A stretch of DNA of 49,926 bases, taken from assembly GCA_031412575.1 (NCBI GenBank), contig JANODG010000248.1:1-49926 (forward strand), written 5' to 3'. Position 1 is the stretch's first letter; the number at the start of each line of letters is the position of its first letter. The notes under the pieces were generated by a model that did not search any database, was not told where the DNA came from, and saw only the letters and a program-made list of their open reading frames with translations. The stretch is from Bdellovibrionales bacterium (GTDB lineage: Bacteria; Bdellovibrionota; Bdellovibrionia; Bdellovibrionales; UBA1609). The position numbers were made by a program, and so were the translations under genes. This document shows, piece by piece, positions 1 to 8,508 of the stretch.

Positions 1-1
1 T

Positions 2-301
2 GGTGATACTGCTTATTGGAAGATAGGGTTTTTTATTCTACTTGGTACATTGTTTTTTTGGGCAGTGCGTGTGCTAGTTAAGCTACTCCTAAGTAATATT
101 CACTTAGAAGGCGACGCAAATGAGCGTGTAGTGATGTGTCAGACTTACTTAGCTTTATTACGTGAGCAATCGGGTTTTAATGATGGTGATAAAAAACTAA
201 TTTTGGCTACTTTATTTAGGCCAAGTTCGGCAGGCATTGTCGGTGATGACGGCATTCCACCGGGACTTTATGATGTATTTACAAAACTGGTAAGTAAATA
301 A
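2..301 (+). CDS. 3' part of a DUF6161-like membrane protein (open at left edge)
   Basis: Frame is open from position 2 (GDTAYWKIGFFILLGTLFFWAVRVLVKLLLSNIHL...ERVVMCQTYLALL...LFRPSSAGIVGDD); this C-terminal pattern resembles DUF6161 proteins. Confidence 0.6.
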   Translation, partial: GDTAYWKIGFFILLGTLFFWAVRVLVKLLLSNIHLEGDANERVVMCQTYLALLREQSGFNDGDKKLILATLFRPSSAGIVGDDGIPPGLYDVFTKLVSK

Positions 302-336
302 AGTATTTAGATTTAAAAGTTCTAATTATAATTTTT

Positions 337-540
337 TTGGTTAATTACCCTTCTAAAGATACAATCCATAAAGCCTTTTTGTTCGGTGGATTTTTTAGAT
401 TATGTCTTTTTAGCACTTTTGATTTCACTAACCATGCGATCATAGCCAACTACCCAATCAAATTTGCTATTGTAGATACTGTATGGGGCACGTTCATGTG
501 TTCGGTGGCTTCAGTGATTGTTTATTCCTCATTTAATTAA
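337..540 (+). pseudogene. 5'-truncated paralog fragment of the DUF2177 gene at 2818-3243
   Basis: Colinear with 3040-3243, 53/67 residues identical by manual alignment; N-terminal half absent, no clear RBS. Confidence 0.85.
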
Positions 541-690
541 TCAAAAAGTCTTCTTAAATCCTTGTTGCAGACCTACTTCTATAACAATTTTCTGAAAGTG
601 TTTCGGCAATTAAAGTTTCATTTGTACAAGGTTTTGCAATACTAAAATAGCCTATGCTTAGTCAGTTGCCAATTTCATGTCGCAAAGTTA

Positions 691-1392
691 CTACTCCAAA
701 AGCAACAGGCCTTCGCTTTTCGTGGGCGAGAAAATTTTTTGGTTTAAATCTTTTAAGACTTCAAGCATGGATGCCAAGGATTCGGAAGACTTAAAATTAA
801 TTTCTAAGGCGCTTTCATTGACAGTGATTTGGGTTCGTAGTTTTTTGTGCACTAATTGAAATTGCGAGAAATCATTTTCATAGGAAAACTCAAAAATCGC
901 ATTCAGGTTTTTTTTGTTGTCATCTAAAGTGTAGATAAGTTCTTTGAAGTCGCTTTCGCCTTCTCCTTTTGGAAAAGTTGAAACCGCTTTATCAAATTTA
1001 TATTCAAAACAACTGTCAATCTCGTCTTCGATTTGATCGAAGCTTTCGGCACTTTCGATTTCAAGCAGTCCTTGAAAGACGCACTTGCTGGGATCATCCT
1101 CAAGCTGGTTTACGCTGAAGTTATATTTAAAATACTCACAATCAAAACTCCCCATTCCAAGATCATAAGTAGGGGATTTAAATTTTCTGGCAGAAATATC
1201 TAAATAGTTTTTTGATTTTGTGGCTACAGCATCGACGTTTTCTTTGATTTCTTTATCGGCCCAATTGGCGATTTGTTTTTGACTATAATCATTGAATTCC
1301 TTAGGTGCTTTATCTCTGCCGCCTTTGACAAAGCCAGGCAAGGATTTGACGTCAGTGAGGTAACTGTAAGAAAAAAAGATTCGTGTAATCAC
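691..1392 (-). CDS. hypothetical protein (233 aa)
   Basis: Long ORF, GTG start preceded by GGGGTG RBS-like sequence; no firm family. Confidence 0.75.
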   Translation of the reverse strand: MITRIFFSYSYLTDVKSLPGFVKGGRDKAPKEFNDYSQKQIANWADKEIKENVDAVATKSKNYLDISARKFKSPTYDLGMGSFDCEYFKYNFSVNQLEDDPSKCVFQGLLEIESAESFDQIEDEIDSCFEYKFDKAVSTFPKGEGESDFKELIYTLDDNKKNLNAIFEFSYENDFSQFQLVHKKLRTQITVNESALEINFKSSESLASMLEVLKDLNQKIFSPTKSEGLLLLE

Positions 1393-1681
1393 TTAAACAC
1401 CCCTTATTGCCATCACCTTAATATAATTTGCGATCATTAAAAGGCCGCTAAAGAATTTTAAGGAATTGGCTTTGTTAAAACCAATGCAAGAGGATGTTAA
1501 TATTGCGCCCCATGCTAAGATCTTAGACTGTTTTAAAAACAGGGTCAAATCCGCGCGCGTCCCGGACATTGATAGTTTTTAAATCTTCAATAGTTAACTA
1601 ACTGTGGATCAAATTCATTTGCAATCACCAAACCTACTTAGGCTTTAAATTAGCCATGACTAAATATTAATTTAATAACAT

Positions 1682-1710
1682 TTGAAACATGCATCAAATT
1701 GATGTATATT
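1682..1710 (+). promoter_or_regulatory. sigma70-like promoter of the TA pair with a palindromic operator in the spacer
   Basis: TTGAAA (1682-1687), 17-nt spacer, TATATT (1705-1710); inverted repeat ATGCATCAA-A-TTGATGTAT at 1689-1707. Confidence 0.65.
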
Positions 1711-1723
1711 GAGGTAGGTTTGT

Positions 1724-1954
1724 TTGGGTACCATATTTATCTTTCGAAATATACGCATAGTCAAATATTCAAACGATCACTTACCGCCGCACATACATGC
1801 GGTAAGTCCACAGGGTAAAGCCAAAATAGAGCTTGCTACTTTGGAATGTTACTACAGTCGTGGTTACACAAGTAAGGATTTAAAGATGATTTTAAAGTTT
1901 GTGGCAGAACATAAAGAGACACTCATGGAGGCATGGAATGAAATCCAGTCGTAA
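1724..1954 (+). CDS. DUF4160 family protein, putative type II toxin
   Basis: YSNDHLPPHIH motif and LMEAWNEI C-terminus, typical of DUF4160. Confidence 0.8.
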   Translation: MGTIFIFRNIRIVKYSNDHLPPHIHAVSPQGKAKIELATLECYYSRGYTSKDLKMILKFVAEHKETLMEAWNEIQS

Positions 1955-2210
1955 AAAAGACATCAAGTACGGTGATAAAGACTTACTTGAAACCGACGAG
2001 TTTGATCCCCAATATGGTAAAGAAAGAATCACTTTGTTTTTAGATCAACAGGTTGTTGATGCTTTTAGATCTCAAGCCAAAGCCATTGGTGTTAAATATC
2101 AAACCTTAATTCGGGAAGCTCTTCGGGATCTAATATATCAAGATCCTAAAAACGATCTTGAAGACCGGCTTAAAAAACTTGAAGCTGTGGTATTTAAAAA
2201 ACGAGCCTAA
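1938..2210 (+). CDS. BrnA/CopG-like ribbon-helix-helix antitoxin
   Basis: KERITLFLDQQVVDAFRSQA...YQTLIREALR is a BrnA-type RHH pattern; ATG 1938 follows GGAGG and overlaps the upstream gene. Confidence 0.8.
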   Translation: MKSSRKKDIKYGDKDLLETDEFDPQYGKERITLFLDQQVVDAFRSQAKAIGVKYQTLIREALRDLIYQDPKNDLEDRLKKLEAVVFKKRA

Positions 2211-2268
2211 TACACTTGCCATAAATTTTTTACTTTTAATTCTTCATATTTTGAATCAAACTCTACAA

Positions 2269-2631
2269 ATGGCGACACAAGAAATTACAGATGAAAACTT
2301 TCGTGAAATATATCAAAACAATGACATCGTCATTTTAGACTTCTGGGCGACTTGGTGTGGTCCATGTCGTCAGTATGGCCCCGTGTATGAAGCTACATCC
2401 AACAATTTTAACGATATCATTTTTGGTAAAGTAGATACCGAACAGCAACAGAAGCTTTCAAGCTACTTTGTTATTAAAAGCATTCCAACCACTGTAATCA
2501 TCAGGCAAGGCCTTGAGGTTTTTAGACAACCAGGCGTCTTGAGCGAAAGTGAACTTAAAACCATTATTGAAAAAGTAAAAGACCTGGACATGGTCGCCAT
2601 TACAAAGAAAATCGATGAGGAGGAAAGCTAA
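2269..2631 (+). CDS. thioredoxin
   Basis: DFWATWCGPC active site and SIPT motif; start revised to MATQEITDENF. Confidence 0.92.
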   Translation: MATQEITDENFREIYQNNDIVILDFWATWCGPCRQYGPVYEATSNNFNDIIFGKVDTEQQQKLSSYFVIKSIPTTVIIRQGLEVFRQPGVLSESELKTIIEKVKDLDMVAITKKIDEEES

Positions 2632-2817
2632 CAGTTTTATCCCCTTTGAATGTTTTTAGATAACAGATTTGATTTTAATAAACTAACGAGCAATCGCTTT
2701 AGATACCTTTAAGCGCCCTTTCCACAATCAGCTTTTTAGATTGATTGTGCAAAAAACTACATACTAAAGTCATCTTAAGAGGCAGAAATCTTAACCCTTT
2801 TCATCTAAAATTCTTCG

Positions 2818-3243
2818 ATGGTATTAAAAAACTTTTTTCAAGCGTCTGTTCTTTATGCGTCCTTACTGACGTTTGTTCTATTCATGGTTTTTGATTTCAT
2901 CTGGTGGGGTATTGTGGCCAATGACTTTTTTAAAACCACCATGTCCCATCTTGCAAGGTACAATAAGGGTAAACTAGATATTTATTATCCTTCTGGTGCG
3001 TTTGTTTACGTTCTTATGAGCATTGGCCTTACCATATTTGTGATTAATAATCCTTCTGTAGACACGATTCAAAAAGCTTTTTTGTTTGGTGGACTTTTTG
3101 GACTATGTCTTTTTAGCACTTTTGATTTCACTAATCATGCCATCATTGCGAACTACCCAATTAAGTTTGCTGTTGTGGACACCGTTTGGGGAGCTCTTAT
3201 GTGTTCCGTAGTTTCAGCGATTGTTTACACTTCTTTTAGATAA
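2818..3243 (+). CDS. DUF2177 family membrane protein
   Basis: Four hydrophobic segments; DFIWWG, TFDFTNHA and VDTVWG motifs. Confidence 0.85.
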   Translation: MVLKNFFQASVLYASLLTFVLFMVFDFIWWGIVANDFFKTTMSHLARYNKGKLDIYYPSGAFVYVLMSIGLTIFVINNPSVDTIQKAFLFGGLFGLCLFSTFDFTNHAIIANYPIKFAVVDTVWGALMCSVVSAIVYTSFR

Positions 3244-3255
3244 GCAAGAATTGCA

Positions 3256-3527
3256 TCCTATACCTCTTTAAAGATCTATTTATTGTGGCCCAGCGGGCAA
3301 GTGGTAAGATGGTCAGCTCTTCAATTGCAAATAGAAGCAGTGAAGATGCGATTAGAAGCAGATGTGGAACTAGGTTTGATCATAGATTTATTTTTGTGAT
3401 ACCAACTACAACAGCCAAACAACATAAAGGGCAAAAGATTTATATTCAAGGTATACGTCATATAAAAAATGGTTCTAACAGTTTAATCAACAAATCTGGA
3501 CAGTTTATAATTCCCAACAATATTTAA
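3256..3527 (+). pseudogene. possible frameshifted relic of a secreted-protein C-terminal module
   Basis: Joining frames gives SLKIYL/Y-GPAG/SGKMVSSSIANRSSEDAIRSRCG..HRF...KIYIQGI...NSLINKSGQFIIP; recalled similarity only. Confidence 0.4.
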
Positions 3528-3589
3528 AAATCAAAACTTAAAAGTTTATGTGATGTAAATTTTTAAGAAATTTTTTCTTCATATCTTAA

Positions 3590-4171
3590 ATTTATGCTTG
3601 GATGCAAAATACTGACGATATCAATCTAATCATGAATGTCCATCCATTAGCGAATACAGGGTCAACTTTTTCTACAACTGCTGAATATGTTTTTTATATT
3701 AACAGCATGGCTAGTTACGGCGCTACTGCTACTGAATCACAATTAGTTTGTAGGTTTGCATCAAACACAAGTGTGACATGCACAGTAAATGGCACTTCGA
3801 TGGTTGCCGCTGTTAATCCAACAGTAACTACTGGTGTAACAGATTTAACTGGTAACTTTAGAATTTTTGCAGGTTTAAGAAACGATCCGTTTTTCTTCGA
3901 TCTTGATAATTTTAATGTTGCTCGTCGGTTCGTTCGTGACAATGCTGCATCTTTGCAATTTGATACAGCTGGTTGTCCTGCTCTTGACGTGGATACTCGC
4001 GCTTTAATAGTGAACACATTAACTGGTCAAGCTGGTGGATTACCAAACCCTACTGTTAATTCAAACTTTTTCGGTGCACTGAATACATTATCGATTGTTA
4101 TTCAAGCAGACAAAACACTTTTTGGTAATGGCCCAATCTACGCAGTTTCTGCGGGAACACGAGTACAATAA
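3590..4171 (+). CDS. DUF4331 family protein, N-terminal half, apparently 5'-truncated
   Basis: RIFAGLRNDPFFFDL and NTLSIVI motifs; in-frame IYAW precedes Met 3602, with a TAA at 3587-3589; no signal peptide. Confidence 0.75.
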   Translation: MYAWMQNTDDINLIMNVHPLANTGSTFSTTAEYVFYINSMASYGATATESQLVCRFASNTSVTCTVNGTSMVAAVNPTVTTGVTDLTGNFRIFAGLRNDPFFFDLDNFNVARRFVRDNAASLQFDTAGCPALDVDTRALIVNTLTGQAGGLPNPTVNSNFFGALNTLSIVIQADKTLFGNGPIYAVSAGTRVQ

Positions 4172-4198
4172 CTTCTTAAGGATATGGAGAACTAAAAA

Positions 4199-4831
4199 AT
4201 GAAAAATTCAATAAAATATATTTCTGTCTTGTTTTTATCTATCGCGATGGCTGCTTGCAGCAGCGATGATGACGATGCTTCTAGCAGTGCTAGACAAATT
4301 GATCGTATGGGTCGACCAGCAATCAACACAGCATTAATTAACACATTCACAAGTGATTCCGTTCGCGGAAACGCAGAGAACGTTTATAATGCTACTTTAT
4401 ACACGAGCGGAAGCAATTTCATTACTGAAATGGCTGCTAACTTAGCTATATACGATGCTCTTGTAGATGAAGGTGCAAATGGAAACGCGTGTGGTGATAA
4501 CCCTTTAACGAACCTAGCTTCAGACTTATCAGGTCTTGCAACTGGTCCTACTCGTTACACATTTCTTGCAACGGTTCTTTCTGAAGATCAATTGTATGTA
4601 GATTCGTCTCAAGGTTCACCATGTGCTGAGTATCTAGCTGTAGAACGTAATGTTCTTGGTGGTACTTTGAATGACTGCGGTGGTCGTGCACCAACTGTTG
4701 ACGTGATTGATGCCACTTACTCTGCAGTAGCAACAGGTCTTGCTTCAGCAGTACCAGACGGCGTAGCAGTGACTGATGATGATTCTGATCTAAGTGATTC
4801 AGTATTTCCATTCTTGGGCGCTCCTTTATAA
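4199..4831 (+). CDS. DUF4331 family lipoprotein (C-terminal half type)
   Basis: Lipobox MAAC, QIDRMGRPAINTAL, GGRAPTVDVID, terminal FPFLGAP; GGAG RBS. Confidence 0.85.
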   Translation: MKNSIKYISVLFLSIAMAACSSDDDDASSSARQIDRMGRPAINTALINTFTSDSVRGNAENVYNATLYTSGSNFITEMAANLAIYDALVDEGANGNACGDNPLTNLASDLSGLATGPTRYTFLATVLSEDQLYVDSSQGSPCAEYLAVERNVLGGTLNDCGGRAPTVDVIDATYSAVATGLASAVPDGVAVTDDDSDLSDSVFPFLGAPL

Positions 4832-4855
4832 ACTTTTAAATTAGGTGTAGTTTTT

Positions 4856-6001
4856 ATGTTAAAAGATATTTTATTCCCAGGGCTTCTTATTTTAATCGGA
4901 GGCCTTGTTTGTTGTTCAACCAAAAATTCTTCTGAAAACATAGCACAAAATTTATCTGTGCAAGATGTGGAGATTAGGTCTGTGAAGACCACTAATGCTG
5001 ATATTGCGATAGCGAACTTAAATTCACAAATCGTAAGTTTAGAAAAGCTAGTTAGTCCAATGGATCCTACTTCTCAAAATAAAAATAATTCAGCTTTCAA
5101 ATCTCAGCTTTTAGATTTGATACAAACTCAAATTATTTATATAGGTTCCTTTGATAACTTCTATAAAGCTAGAAAGTTAACTTTAGAAACCGACAACGAT
5201 GTTTCTCAGATTTTAATTAATATTACTTATCACATGATGGTTCACGAATATGACGAAGCTAATCAGCTGATAGATGAACTCAAACTGATGGCTGGCACAG
5301 AAGATACAGTCGCAGACCTAAAAGCTTCATTGTATTTAGCGCGCGGTGAAAATTTAGACCAAGCCGAACAAATCATGCAGAACCTAATAAACATCGAGCC
5401 TAATTATGGCAATCACCTTAGACTTGCAGGGATTCAACGGGAACTTGGTCTCTATAATGAATCCTTAAAATCATTTTCGAAGTCCATTCAAGTTTATAAT
5501 AACACATCACCATTTCCACCAGCATACACTCACTTCCAAGTCGGATTAATTTATGGAGAATATTTAGATGCTCCAGAATTGGCAAAGAAACATTACCAAT
5601 TAGCTTTGAAGTACGTGCCTTATTATGCCAAAGCCAGAGTCCACTTAGCAGAAATATTTATGAGTCAAAATAACTATCGTGGGGCTTTAAATTTAATAGA
5701 TCCTATTAAAGACAGTCAGGATCCCGAAGTTCCTGCGATATTGGCAAAAATACATAGTCTTTTAAATAATGAAATCGAAGCACAAAGTTTTAAGGATTTA
5801 GCTGCACTTCGATACCAAACTTTACTTCAAGACTTCGAGTTAGCATTCGCTGACCACGGTGCAGAATTTTTTATGGGCATCGGTGACAATCCTGTCTATG
5901 CTTTAGAATTAGCGCAAAAAAATCTTGCCAACAGAAAAAGTGACCGCGCTTACGATTTAGTAGATCGTGCACAGATCGCTGTGCAAAATCTAGAGCAGTG
6001 A
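4856..6001 (+). CDS. exported tetratricopeptide-repeat protein
   Basis: N-terminal hydrophobic segment ending in CC; TPR-like helices (AKKHYQLALKYVPYYAKARVHLA); ALELAQKNLANR C-terminus. Confidence 0.8.
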   Translation: MLKDILFPGLLILIGGLVCCSTKNSSENIAQNLSVQDVEIRSVKTTNADIAIANLNSQIVSLEKLVSPMDPTSQNKNNSAFKSQLLDLIQTQIIYIGSFDNFYKARKLTLETDNDVSQILINITYHMMVHEYDEANQLIDELKLMAGTEDTVADLKASLYLARGENLDQAEQIMQNLINIEPNYGNHLRLAGIQRELGLYNESLKSFSKSIQVYNNTSPFPPAYTHFQVGLIYGEYLDAPELAKKHYQLALKYVPYYAKARVHLAEIFMSQNNYRGALNLIDPIKDSQDPEVPAILAKIHSLLNNEIEAQSFKDLAALRYQTLLQDFELAFADHGAEFFMGIGDNPVYALELAQKNLANRKSDRAYDLVDRAQIAVQNLEQ

Positions 6002-6081
6002 AATTTAAATAATAAATTCGTAATCTTAATTCTGAAAATAGAAAAGCCACCATTTAAATACGTAAAAAAATACCGTAATGT

Positions 6082-8406
6082 TTAGTCGGCTTCGTTAATT
6101 TCTAAAGAAGCTGATTTTAAGCGTAAGGCATTTGTGATTACAGAGACAGAACTTAAGCTCATCGCTGCGGCAGCAAACATTGGATTTAAAAGAATACCGA
6201 AGAATGGATAAAGAATTCCTGCTGCAACTGGAACACCTAAGGCGTTATAAAAAAATGCGAAGAATAGATTTTGTTTAATATTTTGAATCGTTAATTGGCT
6301 CACTTTTCTTGCGGTGACAATGGCCTTTAAATCCCCTTTGACAAGGGTGATGCCTGCACTTTTTATCGCGACATCTGTGCCTGTGCCCATTGCGATACCG
6401 ACGTGGGCTTGTGCCAATGCGGGTGCATCGTTAATTCCATCACCGGCCATGGCCACAATTTTTCCTTCAGCTTGAAGCCTTTTAACAACATCTGTTTTTT
6501 GTTGCGGAAGCACTTCTGCAATCACATCTGTAAGACCTACTAACTTCGCAACCGCATTGGCTGTGATTTGGTTGTCTCCGGTTAACATTAAGACTTTCAA
6601 ACCAGAATCCTGCAGCGCTTTGATTGCAGCAGGTGAAGTTTTTTTAATAGGATCAGCAACACTAATGATTCCAGCAAACGAGTCCCCAACACTGACATAC
6701 ATCACCGTGTGTCCTTGATGTCTAAGTTCATCAGCGCGCTTTTCCGAAGACAAGATAGAAATGTTATTTTCTTTTAATAAAGCAGAATTCCCGACCGAGA
6801 CCCTTAAATTTTCGATAGAGGCCCGGGTCCCTTTTCCAGTGATCGAAGTAAAAGATTCTGCTTTACCTAACTTAAGATGACTTGCACCCGAAACAATAGC
6901 CGACGCCAAAGGATGTTCGCTTTCTTTTTCAAGCGTTGCCACCAAACGAAGAATTTCTTCTTTGGAATAGTTCGAAAAGCTCTCCACATTCATCAATTTA
7001 GGTTTGCCCTCTGTCACTGTGCCAGTTTTGTCGATTAGCAGCACATCTACTTTTCGAAGTGTTTCAATAGCTTCTGCATTTTTAAATAAAATTCCTTTTT
7101 GAGCGGCTCGTCCAGTCGCCACCATAATTGACATCGGTGTTGCTAAACCTAAAGCACAAGGACACGCAATAATTAAAACGGCTACCGCATTCACCACAGC
7201 ATACGTGTATCTAGGTTCTATACCCCAGATGCTCCAGGCGATGGCTGTTAGAATTGCAGCTACGATCACTGCAGGTACAAAATAGTATGAAATTTGATCC
7301 GCAAGTTTTTGAATCGGAGCTCTGGATCTTTGCGCTTCTGAAACCATTTGCACGATCTGTGACAAAAGAGAATCTTTTCCAATCTTTTCAGACTTTACAA
7401 CAAATGACCCGGTTCCATTGATCGTGGCACCAACAACTTTGTCGCCTGCGATTTTTTGCATAGGTATAGGTTCGCCGGTGATCATGGATTCGTCCACCGA
7501 ACTACTTCCAGAAACTACAACTCCATCGACAGGAACTTTTTCACCGGGGCGAACACGTAATTGATCACCGATTTGAACTTTATCCATGGAAACGCTTTGT
7601 TCGCTACCATCAGGATTAATTCGAATTGCGGTGTTTGGTGCAAGACCAAGAAGAGCTTTGATGGCGGCGCCAGTTTGACCTCGGGCTTTAAGCTCAAGCA
7701 CTTGGCCTAAAAGAACAAGTGTTACAATGATTGCAGCAGGCTCGAAAAACAAACCTACTTCTCCGGTCATAGGATCAACGAAATCCTTTGGAAAAAGATC
7801 TGGAAAAAAAAGCGCTATTAAACTAAAAGTATATGCGACGCCGACCCCAAGACCAATCAATGTGAACATATTTGGACTTTTATTTTTTATCGACTGAACA
7901 AATCTTTCGAAAAACGGCCAACCACCCCAAAGTACGACCGGTGTTGCAAGAGCAAGTTCAATATATCCAAAGTAAGGATTTTGCCCAGATGCATGTAGCA
8001 GGTGACGACCACCCATCGTGATGAACAGTAAAGGAATCGATAAGGCTGTCGAAACCCAAAATCGTTTTTTCATGTCTAAGTATTCGCTGTTATCTTCTTT
8101 TTGATCTAGTGAGATGACCATAGGTTCAAGTGCCATTCCACAAATAGGACAAGAGCCCGGTCCCATCTGAACAATTTCTGGATGCATCGGGCACGTGTAC
8201 TCAACATCTTTTGCCGAAACTAGTGCGCTTGGTTTTTCTGGGTTTAAATATTTCTCTGGATTATCATCAAATTTAACTTTGCACTTAACGCTACAAAAAA
8301 AATAAGATGCACCTTTATGTTTAGACGTCCCCTTTGCAGTCTTGGGATCAACGGTCATGCCACAAACGGGATCTTTTACTTTTTCATTTTGATTTTCGTG
8401 ATTCAT
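6082..8406 (-). CDS. copA: copper-translocating P1B-type ATPase with YHS and heavy-metal-binding N-terminal domains
   Basis: [56 protein letters not shown] and MSLSS motifs. Confidence 0.95.
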   Translation of the reverse strand: MNHENQNEKVKDPVCGMTVDPKTAKGTSKHKGASYFFCSVKCKVKFDDNPEKYLNPEKPSALVSAKDVEYTCPMHPEIVQMGPGSCPICGMALEPMVISLDQKEDNSEYLDMKKRFWVSTALSIPLLFITMGGRHLLHASGQNPYFGYIELALATPVVLWGGWPFFERFVQSIKNKSPNMFTLIGLGVGVAYTFSLIALFFPDLFPKDFVDPMTGEVGLFFEPAAIIVTLVLLGQVLELKARGQTGAAIKALLGLAPNTAIRINPDGSEQSVSMDKVQIGDQLRVRPGEKVPVDGVVVSGSSSVDESMITGEPIPMQKIAGDKVVGATINGTGSFVVKSEKIGKDSLLSQIVQMVSEAQRSRAPIQKLADQISYYFVPAVIVAAILTAIAWSIWGIEPRYTYAVVNAVAVLIIACPCALGLATPMSIMVATGRAAQKGILFKNAEAIETLRKVDVLLIDKTGTVTEGKPKLMNVESFSNYSKEEILRLVATLEKESEHPLASAIVSGASHLKLGKAESFTSITGKGTRASIENLRVSVGNSALLKENNISILSSEKRADELRHQGHTVMYVSVGDSFAGIISVADPIKKTSPAAIKALQDSGLKVLMLTGDNQITANAVAKLVGLTDVIAEVLPQQKTDVVKRLQAEGKIVAMAGDGINDAPALAQAHVGIAMGTGTDVAIKSAGITLVKGDLKAIVTARKVSQLTIQNIKQNLFFAFFYNALGVPVAAGILYPFFGILLNPMFAAAAMSLSSVSVITNALRLKSASLEINEAD

Positions 8407-8508
8407 GGTTTTCCTTGTTTTAGTATTCGTTGAATCCTTTTAAACTGTTCCACTAAAAATATTTTTTAAATGTCTAAATACTTTTTTCAAAAATGGGATT
8501 TGATTTCC

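Noticed and set aside
2158-2268. N-terminal extension of thioredoxin overlapping the antitoxin
   Set aside because: Thioredoxin homology starts at ATG 2269; the extension is not protein-like
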